The translations under genes and the position numbers were made by a program. A DNA stretch of 63,972 nucleotides, counting the filler, from Craspedostauros australis (taxonomy: Eukaryota), in assembly GCA_030167865.1 (NCBI GenBank). It is 6 parts of 6 records of this genome, joined end to end, with 100 filler letters (N's around TTAATTAATTAA, not from the genome) between each part and the next. Parts side by side here need not be neighbours in the genome. Positions count along the whole stretch, not along the records: positions 1 to 24,251 come from JALAGF010000196.1; positions 24,352 to 55,332 come from JALAGF010000201.1; 4 more parts are not named here. One strand, 5' to 3'. Shown here piece by piece: positions 23,540 to 35,607 of this stretch (its first letter is position 1; each line of letters starts with the position of its first letter). The notes below the pieces were generated by a model, which was given only the letters and a program-made list of their open reading frames with translations, made no database searches and was not told the origin of the DNA.

Positions 23540-24251
23540 CTTCGATGTTGCCTATCGTGTGCTTCCTGAGGGTGCGAGAGTGGAGGTGAGTTATTCGTTG
23601 CTTTGGATGTGGTGTCTTGTTTGTGTTCTTCAGAGTCGCCGATTATTTTGGGATTTGCAATCAGGATGGGGATGAACAATGAACGTTAAGAATGGAGAGG
23701 ATGACGCGAGATCTCGCCGATGCCGTAACTCCTCTCTCTTCTGTTCCGTTGAGCAACACGATCGTTTCTCATTCGGTTTTGGCGGAGATGGTTGCTGTCG
23801 CTTCCTTTTCTCCTGTTTTGTGATGTGCAGAACGGTCGCGGAGAATCCCCAACAGTTATACGACCTCCGCTTTCTGTAAACATCAGCGATCGGAGCCGTC
23901 ACGCGGACTTCCGAAGCGACGCTTCACACATGTATTATGTATGTCATTTATTCGGTACGTCCAACGTCCGCTGATAGGCTCTTCAAACATTTCATTCGAT
24001 TCCTTGTGCTGTCCGTGTTGGTCTTTGGTTGTTCGAGATTGGATGGACATTTGAGCACAAACACAGAAAATATCATTTTCCACATGACAAATGACCGCGG
24101 AGATCGTCACAAGCAAAAGATGTGATGATCGGGAGACGATACGGGATGTGTTGTGTGTGTGATGATGTTATTGTGATTATCTCCGACCGTGCAGAGGCTG
24201 TGAACATGGGATTTGCTGCTGCACCGTCTGTCATGGGACCGTATACCAACA

Positions 24252-24351
24252 NNNNNNNNNNNNNNNNNNNNNNNNNNNNNNNNNNNNNNNNNNNNTTAAT
24301 TAATTAANNNNNNNNNNNNNNNNNNNNNNNNNNNNNNNNNNNNNNNNNNNN
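24252..24351. other. Artificial contig linker (N44-TTAATTAATTAA-N44)
   Basis: Exactly 100 nt with a six-frame stop 12-mer, identical to four other linkers in the window. Confidence 0.97.
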
Positions 24352-24810
24352 ATCTCGTTTTCCTCTCCAACCTTCAACCAAAACAATCTCATAAAAACAA
24401 CAATCTTACAAAACTCAAGCTTTACAACCACCAAATCAACTCAAAACACATTCTCAATCGTCTCATCTACGTTCGTGGTCACACTACGTTTAACCGNGCT
24501 GACGTTGGCAGTTTCACTTCCCCTTTTGACCTGCCAAAGTCCGACACTGGAAGGCAAAGCCGGACACAACCGGACTTCATTTGCCCTCTATTCTCGCTAA
24601 CATCAACACCTGCCCAAAACAACACGATGCTGAGCGATCGAGTTCGAGCAAAGATACGAATCTTGAACGTGACATGAAATCGCACGATCGCAAGAGACGA
24701 GGAAAGAGAAAGAAGAAACAAGTCACAAAAGACCGAGGTGCACAACAACATCGACATTAACATCAACATCGAGATCCGTATCACAAGACCAACATCAAGA
24801 AAGCATCACC

Positions 24811-26553
24811 ATGAACGCAGTTGCAGCATCCTCCCTTCGATCCGTGTCAAGGACCCTCGCGTCTTCCGGCGCCGCCAAGCGATCCTTCGCGGCCGCAGCT
24901 GGCAGCGAGAACTTGGTCAAGACCGCCCTCAATGACCTGCACAGAGAACTTGGCGGTGAAATGGTGCCATTCGCTGGATACGAGCTTCCAGTCCTCTACA
25001 AGGGAGACAATGGCGGCGTCATGAACGAGCATCTCTGGTGCCGCGAGGAAGGCAAGGCGGCCATGTTTGATGTCTCGCACATGGGGCAGGTGAGTATCTT
25101 CGCGACGGACTGGACACACTGGACGAACTAGTTGGGCGATCGCCTTTTGCAGGACTGTTGGATGTGCGTGGGTGATTCTATTTTAGCAAGGATCATTCTC
25201 CTCGTACGTTGCGTCATATTCCGTTGCACAATCCTCGTGCTCACCCGTTTTCATGCACCTTCTTCCTCGTACAATTCGCCAATCGCACGAATATCCAACC
25301 CATTCTTCGTGCGTATGTGTGTGTACTCCATGACAGATTCGCTGGCACGGAAAGGACCGCGTCGCATTTTTGGAAAAGGTCGTCGTGGGTGACATTGCCG
25401 GCCTCACGCCAGGCAGCGGTCTGCTCTCCTTGGTCACCAACGAAAAGGGTGGAATCCTGGATGACACCGTCATCACCAACGCCGGTGACTTTGTTTACAT
25501 GGTCGTCAACGGTGCCACCAAGTTCGGTGACATGAAGCATTTCCAGGAGCAGCTGGATCAGTTCGATGGCGACGTCACCATGGAGTACCTCGAGGATACG
25601 ATGCAGTTGCTTGCGATCCAGGGACCTGGTGCTGCCGCGGCCATCGCCAAGATCCTGCCGGAGGGATTCGATTTGACCAACATGGCCTTCATGACAGGAA
25701 CGGACACCACCTTGGATGGTGTGGAAGGGTGCCGAATCACGCGGTAAGTCGATTGCTTCACACCGATTTGTTTTGTCATGTCAATTGCCGTTGTTGTTGT
25801 TGTTGTTGTTGTTGTTGAGTGGAAGTCTGCCGCTGGTTGAGGCGCAACACCTCACAACCAACACAAGCCAGTCCGTGGGAAGACGAACAAGCACTGACCA
25901 AAATACCATCGCCTCCCATGCACGATCACATTCTGTGCCTTTCCCATCCACCATACTCGCACGCCAAACCTGACATGACCGAAAGATGCGGCTACACCGG
26001 AGAGGATGGATTCGAAATCGCCATGCCAGAGGCAAGCGCGAACTCCATCGCCTCCAAATTGCTGGAGGATCCAGCTGTCAACCCAACAGGTCTCGGTGCC
26101 CGTGATTCGTTGCGACTCGAAGCTGGTTTGTGCTTGTACGGCAACGATCTGAACGAGGAGACCAATCCAATCGAAGGTGCTCTGGGATGGACCTTGGGCG
26201 GAAAGGGAGGCAGACGCCGCACCGAGCAGGGCTTCCTGGGAGCAGAGACCTTTCTGACCCCCGAGGGCAAGTTCCGAAAGCAATCGCGCAAGCGTGTTGG
26301 CATCTTCGGCATGAAAGCGCCCGCCAGAGATCACACGGAGATCTACGACGCCACCGGCGAGAATCTGATCGGAGAAATCACATCCGGAACCTATTCGCCG
26401 TGCCTCAAGGCGCCCATCGCCATGGGATACGTGTCGAGCGCAAATGCCAAGGCTGGTACAGAAGTCATGCTCAAGATCCGAAACAAGATGCAGAAGGCCG
26501 CCGTCACCAAGATGCCATTCGTCGAATCCAGATACTACCGTGTCCCAGAGTAA
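24811..26553 (+). CDS. gcvT: Mitochondrial aminomethyltransferase (glycine cleavage system T protein); exons 24811-25089, 25337-25743, 25986-26553
   Basis: Mitochondrial presequence. Motifs MVPFAGYELPVLY, FDVSHMGQ, GGILDD, LLAIQGP, ITRCGYTGEDGFEI, GLGARDSLRLEAGLCLYG, ITSGTYSP, IAMGYV, KMPFV. Introns in phase 0 and phase 2. Confidence 0.96.
25790..25816. repeat. (GTT)n microsatellite in gcvT intron 2
   Basis: About 9 GTT units read directly. Confidence 0.85.
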
Positions 26554-26751
26554 TGCGGATGCCGACCTGCAGGTATTATGTGCAACGCAGCGAAGCTTTT
26601 CTAGCCTCCATTGCACCCGCAAAACGAAAATAGCATTAAACATCATCGTCAGGCAACCAATATTATTCAAGTACTGCAGAGTGCTCCATGAGCTGCTCCC
26701 AAAGTTGTCGCAAACGATGTGCTGTGGTGTTGATTGGTACTTCTCTCCTAT

Positions 26752-27879
26752 TTACAAGTACTTTTGTATTGCGTTGTATGCCGCCAGCTGGCGTTTGACA
26801 TCGCGGTATTGCGACGAACCTGCATGTCTCCTCTCGCATTGATCACCCACAGGACCAGTCGCTCCGTTCGCCGACGCAACGTAGGTTCCAGAAGCGTACT
26901 GATCGTATCCGTTGATGCCCAGAATAGCGTCGACGTAGCGCTGCGCACCGGTTGGCAGGTCGTGCATGAAGCCAATGAACCTGAAAAACTTCATGATTGG
27001 CTGGCCTGCCATGCGAACGAATATCGGCAAGGCTTTGTGAGATTGAGCGGCCGTGCCTGTCGTCCCGCCTGGGCTGACGGTCAGCACGACGTAATCTGGA
27101 TTCCGCCTGGCCCACTCCATGAAGTACAAAGCGGCGATGCCCTTGACATAACCGTAGTGTGCGACGACATCAAGCCTCGTGACGTTGGCACCGGTGATGA
27201 ATGCCTGCATACCGGCCTCATCCTTGGGCATCTTCGGTGCGGCGAGGGCAATGATGGGGATTCCGCGGGCTGCTTCCGACCCCGAGAACATGATGCGAGA
27301 TACACCAGGCTTGAGCCGTCCAGCAGCTTCCAACGCATTCAAGAGGTGCAGATTTCCAATCAGATTTATTTGGATTTGATCCACGATATGACACACTCCT
27401 CCTGCATTCAGAATGACGCCATCAACTCGTTCGCCCCAACTTAGTGCTGACATGGCGTTTGCAACGAGCGTTGCCTTGTCGTCTTCTGCATCGAATTTCA
27501 TGAAAGCCAGCTTGGAGGCGGCGATTCCATGTTGCATGACGAGCGCGTTTATCGCAGCCATAGCCTTGTGCTCGTTGCGGCATGCCATGTACACCTTCTT
27601 CGTCTCCGGCATCGCAGCAAGCTGACGCGTTGTTTCAAAGCCAAGCCCAACGTTGGCTCCAGTCACAACGTACACTTTCCCTGCTGCGCCGTTCCAACGG
27701 CGAGTTTGGCCAAACGGGAACCTCCATCCTGACTTCGCCTCGCTGGCTGCTCCAATAGAGCTCGGCATTCCGAGTTGGCCTTCTGACTGTTCCACTGTTG
27801 CGTGCGCAACGCACGTCATCAAGAGCAGCACCAGTGCCAACAGTGGCAACGGCGATTGAAGCCGCCACATGTTGCCCAT
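26752..27879 (-). CDS. Short-chain dehydrogenase/reductase with signal peptide (tandem paralog 1)
   Basis: Signal peptide LPLLALVLLLMTCVAHA, Rossmann VTGANVGLG, ILNAGG, SGSE, catalytic YGYVK, VSPG. Intronless. Confidence 0.9.
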   Translation of the reverse strand: MGNMWRLQSPLPLLALVLLLMTCVAHATVEQSEGQLGMPSSIGAASEAKSGWRFPFGQTRRWNGAAGKVYVVTGANVGLGFETTRQLAAMPETKKVYMACRNEHKAMAAINALVMQHGIAASKLAFMKFDAEDDKATLVANAMSALSWGERVDGVILNAGGVCHIVDQIQINLIGNLHLLNALEAAGRLKPGVSRIMFSGSEAARGIPIIALAAPKMPKDEAGMQAFITGANVTRLDVVAHYGYVKGIAALYFMEWARRNPDYVVLTVSPGGTTGTAAQSHKALPIFVRMAGQPIMKFFRFIGFMHDLPTGAQRYVDAILGINGYDQYASGTYVASANGATGPVGDQCERRHAGSSQYRDVKRQLAAYNAIQKYL

Positions 27880-28433
27880 CGAGCGCTTCAGCTGGATCTT
27901 CGATCTGCTTGTGACCTTGTTGAGGTTTGGTTGGACTGGATTGGATTGGATTGGATTGGATTGTTTGGAAGTGATTCACCACCTGATGCTTGCAACTATG
28001 ATGTCAACAATGACGATGACGATGACGACGAGAAAGGATGCCTTCTCTGACTGACGATGGTCAGTGCAACGCAGATTGTGTGGAAAAGATACGTTTGTGT
28101 CTCTCAGCGGAAGTCGTCTGAAGGGAATCTTTGGTCACAAATTCCTGTTTGGTTGGGCCACTCCAAGTTCGCCAAAATTGTGACGAACACGCCAACATGC
28201 CAACATGCCAACAAAGCTTCAGAAGGAGGCTAGAGATGTACGACTATGACCTGGGTATGAGTACGAGCTGCTTCATAGAATAAGATCTATCTGTGGTCTG
28301 AATCAAGTTTTGTATCACATTCGTACACTAATGATGTTGATGTCCATCTGTGTTTACTCTAATGAGCTTTGACTTCGCAGTCGACTCTCCACCAATGCTG
28401 ATGGGAACGCCATTAACTCAATGCACCCACCAT

Positions 28434-29408
28434 CTACATGTAGGCCTGGATCACTTCGTACGCTGCGACCTGCTTGTTGATGTCGCCGTACTGGGATGCG
28501 CGAGGTTCCTTGCGCAAGGACTGGTCGCTGACGGGACCAGAGAGTCCACTGGTGGAAGCGACGAAGGTGCCGGAAGTGAATTTGTTGAACCCGTTGATGC
28601 CAAGGACTCCATCGACGTAGCGTTTGGCGCCCTTGGAAACACCGTGCGCCATGCTGAACTTCTTGAACACCTTCATCATTTTCGGTGCCATCACGCGCAT
28701 GTGTGCGGGGAAGGCCTTTTGGGCTGGGGCTTTGGTGCCCGTGGTGGCGCCTGGACTGATGGTCAGGACGAAGTACTCAGGGTTGTGTCGAGCCCATTCC
28801 GAGAAGTAGAGAGCCGAAACGCCTTTGGCGGTCGCGTAGTAGGCGACTGCATCGAATTTCTTGGTGTGGGTTCCCATGACGACTTTCTGCATATCCTTGG
28901 AAGTGCTTGGCAGCTTGGGCGCTGGTACACCGAAGGTCGGGGCACCGCGGGCTGCTTCAGAGCCGGCAAAGACGATACGGGTCTCGTTGGGCTTCAGCAT
29001 GTTGGCATCCTTCAGACCTTCCACGAGGTGAAGATGACCGACCAAGTTGATCTGGATCTGATCCATGATGTTGTTTGGTCCCGTTGGCTTACCAGCCAAG
29101 TCGGATCCCGGACCCCCGGCGTTGAGGATAATGCCGTCGATTTGTTCGCCATCAGAGATTGCGTGCATGGCATTTGCCACGATTGTCTCCTTGTCGTCCC
29201 CTCCGACGAACTCCATGAATGCCAGCTTGGACGATGGAATGCCATGCTCGTTGATGAGCGTGCTTATGGCTTCGTTTGCCTTCTCGCTGGTGCGGCAAGA
29301 CATGTAGACTTTCTTGGTCTCGGCCATGAGGGCCAACTGTCGCGTGGCTTCCAGTCCAAGTCCGCTGTTGGCTCCGGTGACGATGAAGATGTTCTTGTTG
29401 GATGGCAT
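28434..29408 (-). CDS. Short-chain dehydrogenase/reductase, no presequence (tandem paralog 2)
   Basis: VTGANSGLG, ILNAGG, AGSE, YATAK, ISPG. Collinear with paralog 1 (e.g. DQIQINL, GAxRYVD, GINGF/Y, GPVxDQ). Confidence 0.92.
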   Translation of the reverse strand: MPSNKNIFIVTGANSGLGLEATRQLALMAETKKVYMSCRTSEKANEAISTLINEHGIPSSKLAFMEFVGGDDKETIVANAMHAISDGEQIDGIILNAGGPGSDLAGKPTGPNNIMDQIQINLVGHLHLVEGLKDANMLKPNETRIVFAGSEAARGAPTFGVPAPKLPSTSKDMQKVVMGTHTKKFDAVAYYATAKGVSALYFSEWARHNPEYFVLTISPGATTGTKAPAQKAFPAHMRVMAPKMMKVFKKFSMAHGVSKGAKRYVDGVLGINGFNKFTSGTFVASTSGLSGPVSDQSLRKEPRASQYGDINKQVAAYEVIQAYM

Positions 29409-29512
29409 GGTGCTTTTTCCTTTTGTTTTGTTGGGCTGGATTGTTGTGTCTTTGGCGTTTTATGCTGTGCTGTATTTGTTGCTTCGTTTGTGCCTGGCTG
29501 TGCTTCGTTGAA

Positions 29513-29568
29513 TGTGAGTAGTTGTGAGTAGTTGTGAGTAGTTGTGAGTAGTTGTGAGCAGTTGCGAG
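29513..29568. repeat. 10-bp tandem repeat (GTTGTGAGTA), about 5.5 copies, upstream of SDR paralog 2
   Basis: gttgtgagta x3 plus degenerate flanking copies read directly. Confidence 0.9.
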
Positions 29569-30191
29569 ATTGATTTTGTGAGCTGATTGATGTCACAAGA
29601 ACCCTTTGGTGGTGAGATTCAGGGGGGATGGACGACAGAACGAGAACAGTACGCGTACTTGCGAGAAATCGAGGAATGAAGCAAAGGACACCCGGATTTG
29701 CGATCATGCGTGGAGGCGCATGGAACCAGATGCGGGCGCGTTGCCGCATCCGCGACTCTGCGCAGCTCTTCGCGAGTTTCGATGTTGTTCATGGATGTTT
29801 TGGGAAGAACGGAAGTGAACAACTGCATGCTTAAGAGTGTCCTAGATGATCCAAAGGGTGTCCTCATTGGGCTTTGCCTCCAACAGCGATACCAGGAGAG
29901 GAGCTCTGTGTGCGGTCTCGATTACCATCTTTATCGCAATACCCGCCTGCACGTAGTACATCGAGCGAGACGTCTTCATTCTATGGTTATAATTAATGCT
30001 CGTACTTTCTTGTCACCTGAGGCTCCGCTGAGCCGAGATGATGATAGCAGGAAGCAGGCACCGTGCACCAAGACCAACAACCAGAACAATGGCTGTTATT
30101 CTCGTGACCGGCCGCAGTTGCCACAAAGACAAGGAGCTGGCGTGCGATTCACAGAGGTAGTCACAACGTTACGTTCATGCGCCATGGTAGC

Positions 30192-31469
30192 TCAGCTCCT
30201 TGCGTTGTTCCAGCCCCAAATGACCGTCTCCTTGGGGTATAGCGTGTTCTGGTAGCTGCTGCGTTCTGAGAAACGAGAAAAGTAGGCATCGAGCGATGGG
30301 TAGTCGCCGATGGCAGGCTTGCCCTCCTTGAATTCCTCCACGGCCACGGTCATGTGGTACAGCTTTGGAATGAGGGAGCAGTCGATCAACGAAACATCCG
30401 TGCCGCACAAGTATTCCGATCCCGATTCCGCCAGATGGGTCTCCAATCGCGACAGGCACTCCTCGAGATATTCTCGTTCCCCACTGTCTTCTCCGGTCTG
30501 CTTGATGTATCGTGCCATGGCTGGGAAGAAGTCGCCGATGGCATCCTCCGCTTCCTCCCCCTTCTTCTTCGGTGCTTTCAGCGATGGATCCGGAAAGAAG
30601 AAGTCGAGGTACTCGCAGATGATCTCCGATTCCACGTAGCATTCTTTACGATGTCTCAGTGCTGGCATCTTGCCTTCGTAGTGCTCAATCAACCAATTCG
30701 GCTTTGTGGCTGCAACCGCTGGCTGCAAGTCGTATTCCAATCCCTTCTCTTCCATAACCTACCGAAGAAGAAGAAGACGAAGTTGGGCCAAGTAATCACG
30801 AAGAGTGATTTTGTGAGATGCAAGGAACAGATAATCGGATGCATGCTGTGTGCCATGTGCTGCTGTTGCCATCGCAAAAGAAACACGGCTGTCTCTCATC
30901 GCAAGCATTCGCACAACCAGCAGAGTTTCGCACGTACCAATCTGACAAAGTGAGCAAATGGGCAATCGCCCACGTCGGTGCCTTCCGGTCCTGCCTTGAG
31001 GTAGAGAAGCATACCACCGGCTGCGGCAATATTGAACAGCATTGTGATTGTCACGAGCGTGGAGTCAAGAGATTACAACCAGTCACAGCAACAGAAGCAA
31101 GACGGTGAGCAAATGATGTACGTGCCACTCATTACTGCAATCCGCGCAGGGCATCGTGCGCCGACATATTCGAACGCAGAGCAGCAACACCAACAGTAGC
31201 AGTAGCAACACGCAATATCCTTCCATGCCATCCATGCCCATTCCCAATCACTGCCATCAAGTCGGAATCTCACCTTCCGGTGTGGCGGTCTCGCGCCGTC
31301 TTTCCAAACCGCGGTTGCGTGGGGACATGTTCAGCGCAGTCGGCGTCGAATGCCTCGCTGCGGTTGACGCCAGTGTGTTGAATCCGCGTGTCGTCTGCTG
31401 CAACGAAAATGCCGATGCGACTTGGCACAGCGATGCCATGTGCACTGCGGAACGTAAGAATCGTCTCAT
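30192..31469 (-). CDS. DHAR: Plastid-targeted dehydroascorbate reductase (DHAR/CLIC-type GST); exons 31469-31274, 31020-30938, 30758-30192
   Basis: Spliced product has a bipartite presequence (..QVASA|FSL), LYLKAGPEGTDVGDCPFAHFVRL, KPNWL, EGKMPAL, ESEIICEYL, SLIDCSLIPKLYHM and VIWGW. Both introns are GT-AG and in phase (phase 1, phase 0). Confidence 0.88.
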
Positions 31470-32048
31470 CGTGATGATCGGAGTTGCAACGAAAAGTGAT
31501 GGGTTTGGGGTTCCTCGACAGAGTTGGCTGATGAGGCTCGGCGTCGTGGGATACTTGCGGTTCGTCTGGTATGTTCGTGTGCGATTGTGCGTGAATGCGG
31601 TGGTGGGTATCTGATCTTGATGGGTGATGCCTGTCTGTGTGGTGGCAGAGCAGGTTGTTGTGTTGATGTGTGTTCGTGGTTTCCTTCGTTTGGGTCGTTG
31701 GTTGTGGATGTGTTAGTCGACGGAGTCGAACGTGAGCAACGTATCCACGATCCACGATTCGGTGACAAAATCAGTGACGCAATCGTGGGCTTTGCCTGTT
31801 GCGTGTCGGATGGATTGCCTCACATCAATGGAAGGAGGCGCCTCTCTGACGAGGTTGGGCGAAGGTGGGCACAGGCGTGAGCAGCCTGGACGCCAAGCAG
31901 CAGGCCTTCATCAACTACACGCACCATAGGTACGATACTGGTACGAAGACATCAAGCCAAGTATTCTATCATTCGAGCATGGTACGATACGAGTACGAGA
32001 TCTACTAGAGTCGCACGAAATCTCACGCTCGAGTCTCACAACATAAAC

Positions 32049-33578
32049 ATGAGCACGGAATGGCTGATCTACAAGATCGGCACCAACGATGAGAGCCTCA
32101 CATCTGCGGTGCTGGACGTTGGATACTACGACACCGATCAATGGCGACGCCTCTGCTCCTGCCTCGCAATCAACGAGCACCTGCGCTCCATTCAGATCGA
32201 GTACTTTGCTTCGAGGGCGGAGTACGACGTCAGCGAGGAGCAATTTGGCGCACTTGCGAATGCGATGGCAGCAATTCCATCGCTCAACACGCTTGAGATC
32301 ACTGGCATTCCGCTGTCCGCTCTGTCTGCCCTCTTCATTCCTCGCGGTCGGGCTGGAGCACCTCTCCATCGCAATGGCCGCATACAATCAGTGCCGTACA
32401 GGTGCTTGCGCAGCATCGAGCTGTCCAACACGACGGAAGGCACGATCAGTCACCAGTTGCTGCGGCACATTGGTGCGGTGCCTGGACTGCGGCATGTCAA
32501 GATAGAGTCCCCCCGCCCGGAAGAGATCCATCCCCTCTTACTGCATGCTCGTGAACTGGAGACGTTAACGGTGGAGCATTCCGTTTCGTTGCTGTCGATG
32601 GGAGAGGATTATCTCTTCCAGGACAGGAACATGTCCCGCTTGCTCGAGCCAATTGACTACGGATGCACGTCACTACGTCAGGAAATGGCCCTGACAGTGC
32701 TTGATCTGGACACCCCCATCAGCCTGTCATCGATGCTGAGTATAAGCCAGCTGCTGACTCGCACCTTAAGGGAGTCCACCTCCGGCAGGCTGACGTTGCG
32801 GCGATTTCGATTTTCTTGCGACGGGACGAAGAAGGCAAGCCGGGAAGGCTTCGTGAGCGACACTAGCTTTCTCTGTCCGACCCTTGTCGTCGAGACCTTG
32901 CTGAGGGCGCTGCGGCCGATCATGCTTCCAGGAACGCAGCAAACAGATGCTGCCAATGCCGCACCAACGCACAACTTGCTGGAGTTTCGCAACTATCGCG
33001 CAATCGATCTGGAGCACTTGGCGCACGAAGATCCGGACCTGTCCACGGGGACACGTGCGGAACGGACGCGGAGGGTGGAACAGCTGGAGGAAGAAACGAT
33101 CACGAACAACTTCATGCTGGAACGGTATGCTCTGTTCCGACAACCGACGGAGAAGATCAAGCTGCATCTCAAGCTGAATGAAGTTGGGAGGAAGCGGTTG
33201 TTTCGTGAGCACGGCAACGTGGATCAGTCTGAGGAAGGCGATCTAGTTGATGATCAGCGTGATGTCGTTGCACAGATCATCCTGGAGCAGCGAGATGATC
33301 TTGACTGTTTGTATTACTTTCTGAGGCAGTGTCCTGTCATTTGTCAGGTACGGCCTGCCGCAAGTGAGAATTCCGACTTGACAGCAGACGGTGCAAGTAA
33401 AATCGAAGGAAAGGGGGACAACAACGCTTGTCGCAAGCAAACGAAGTGTTCGAGGGATGCCAACACCGGTGCTGACGTTTTGATGGATGCAACGTATGCA
33501 TCGTTCCAGCGGCATTCAAAGAGATTGAGAACAGATGACGACTGGCCTTCAATTGGTGGCGGTGATGATAGTGCTTAA
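32049..33578 (+). CDS. Hypothetical RNI-like/leucine-rich protein of a diatom-type family
   Basis: 509-aa intronless ORF with LRR-like LxxLxI/L units and the C-terminal 'LKLNEVGRKRL...DLDCLYYFLRQCP' motif typical of this family. Confidence 0.7.
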   Translation: MSTEWLIYKIGTNDESLTSAVLDVGYYDTDQWRRLCSCLAINEHLRSIQIEYFASRAEYDVSEEQFGALANAMAAIPSLNTLEITGIPLSALSALFIPRGRAGAPLHRNGRIQSVPYRCLRSIELSNTTEGTISHQLLRHIGAVPGLRHVKIESPRPEEIHPLLLHARELETLTVEHSVSLLSMGEDYLFQDRNMSRLLEPIDYGCTSLRQEMALTVLDLDTPISLSSMLSISQLLTRTLRESTSGRLTLRRFRFSCDGTKKASREGFVSDTSFLCPTLVVETLLRALRPIMLPGTQQTDAANAAPTHNLLEFRNYRAIDLEHLAHEDPDLSTGTRAERTRRVEQLEEETITNNFMLERYALFRQPTEKIKLHLKLNEVGRKRLFREHGNVDQSEEGDLVDDQRDVVAQIILEQRDDLDCLYYFLRQCPVICQVRPAASENSDLTADGASKIEGKGDNNACRKQTKCSRDANTGADVLMDATYASFQRHSKRLRTDDDWPSIGGGDDSA

Positions 33579-33696
33579 ACCGAGAACTGCAGATAGAATA
33601 GAACTGTGTCCATCAACCCGTAAATCACAGTAGAAAACTCTCTCGACCTAAAATACCACATTCAAGCTCTCGCTCCAGCTCTCTCTCTCTCTCTCT

Positions 33697-35213
33697 CTAG
33701 ATGCAACCCTCCGCGAAGGGTGTTTTGAAATCATTCTGATGCACCCACGAATTCGCACCGTATTTGATTCCCTTGATGACGGGCAGTGCCTCGTGGTCTG
33801 TGCGGGAGTCCTTTCGGTTGGGAAACTGATCGGAGACCGATGGCCAAAGAAGGACGCGGCCACGTTTCGGCATCACTGTGATTCCCAGCTTGTTGAACTT
33901 GGTGCCGCCGCCTTCTTCGACGTCGTTCAGGTAAAAGAAGACCGTGAGTATGCGCGGGCCTTGTGGGCGTGCATTGTGGTGCTGGATGAAATCGTGATGC
34001 TGGCCGTAGCGCTGCCCTTCCGTGTACTTCAACAGCTGGAGGTACTCATTGTTTTTGTCAGGTATGCCGGTGATCCATGCCTGCTTGTCCAGCACAGACT
34101 GCGTGACCGTATGATTGTAGCAGTCCTTCACGCACCAAGCGTTGCTGGATGTGCGAAAGTCGCTCTGCACTGCATCATACGTGCCATCAAACTTCTTTCC
34201 GCCAACATCCTTGGATCTTTCGTACCCTTGCTTGGCTCCCAGCTCGATGAGCGCATCGCACTCTTCTTGCGTTGCAACATCATCCAAGGTGACAACCCAG
34301 GGGCCCGGCTTGTTTGGGTCGTTTGGACTGGAGTAGATGGTGGGCGAGTACTTTTGGAATTCCTCACTCGTCGTGATCCGTTCAAACATCTTGTTCAAGT
34401 CACCTTTGTCCCATGCCGTCGGGGCGTCCTTGCTAAATGGACATCGGGTTTCGTACGAGAGTTGGTCGCAGGTTTTGCATGCTGGCGCACATTGCAGTTT
34501 CATGTAACTGCAGTCGAAATCATGCGGAAATGCGGATATGCATTGTATGATATGTTGGAGAAGTGGATTGCGACCATACCATAGCATGCCATACCGCATC
34601 GTATATACCGCATCGTATGTACCATACCGTATATGCCATACATGTCGATGTGTGACAGTGGAAAGGGAGATGGGAAGGAGATTGATGTGAGAACAGTTGC
34701 TGGTCGCGCTCCACCTAACATGGGCAATGTTTCATGGACATACGGACACTCGTACTTGACGCACCTCGGATTGACTTTGCATTCGCCGATGGCAGCCCAA
34801 AAGGCGCACAGCTCGTTGCGGACCTGGCATTCCGACGCAACGTCCTGCATGTTGGTGTTGGCGTAGACGGTGTCGGTCATGTACTCCACCATCTCTTCGA
34901 TGATCCTCATTGTTGTGACGGAGTCCACACCAGTCACCTTTTGGTTCTCTCCAAAGCTGATCCCGACCACCTTTTCGTAACCCGGCGTGGTCATGGTGCG
35001 CCCTCGGTCATCGAGGTACCATGCTCTGTCATGCCTCCATACGTGTTCCTCAGGTGACGGCTCGGCACCGTCGGACTGGCACGTGCTGGTTCCATCCGCG
35101 CCGACTGTGCAGGTCTGTTCTTCTGCGTTGGACAGTACTGTCCGCAGCTGAGAGCAACCCAGCAGCAGGCATAGGACCACGCCAAGATGGATGCGTCCGC
35201 CGAATCGATGCAT
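33697..35213 (-). CDS. Secreted/ER prolyl 4-hydroxylase (2OG-Fe(II)) with ShK domain; exons 35213-34765, 34507-33697
   Basis: Signal peptide. The ShK motif CQVRNELCAFWAAIGECKVNPSYMKLQCAPACKTC is formed across a phase-2 intron. P4H motifs RTSSNAW, LQLLKY, HHD, RILTVFFYLNDVEEGGGT, HEALPVIKGIKY. Confidence 0.92.
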
Positions 35214-35607
35214 TATGTGGGTATTATAGTATGTAACAGCACTGGTTGTGATAGCAGCTGTGTCCGTGTCCGTCTATTCGAGAGCGTCAGTGAGCAAATT
35301 CTTTGTAGTCGTATGGTGCGACTACGACTATGGTACGCCTTGTTGATGTTGCTGATGTTGTGGATTCTGTTGGTGAGAATGAAGTGCTCTTCCACACACG
35401 TGTGTGTGCTCTCGTGTCTTTTGCGACGAGGTTGTTGGTGGTGGTCGCATTGGGCAACAGCGTCGTGTCTCGTTGTGTTGCCTGTGATGGCAGATGCGAA
35501 CGGTTGGTGGAGGTGGAATGGTCATTGTTGCGAATCCTTCGTGACCTTTTTTGACACGGACGATCAAGGACAAAAATCCGAACGATCATATCGATTGACC
35601 CAACCGA

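Noticed and set aside
24296..24307. TTAATTAATTAA as piggyBac TTAA target sites or a biological motif
   Set aside because: It is always centred in exactly 44+44 Ns, so it is an assembly spacer.
25981..25986. AAG (non-YAG) acceptor in gcvT intron 2
   Set aside because: It is still canonical AG, restores the conserved ITRCGYTGED, and AAG acceptors are a known minority class.
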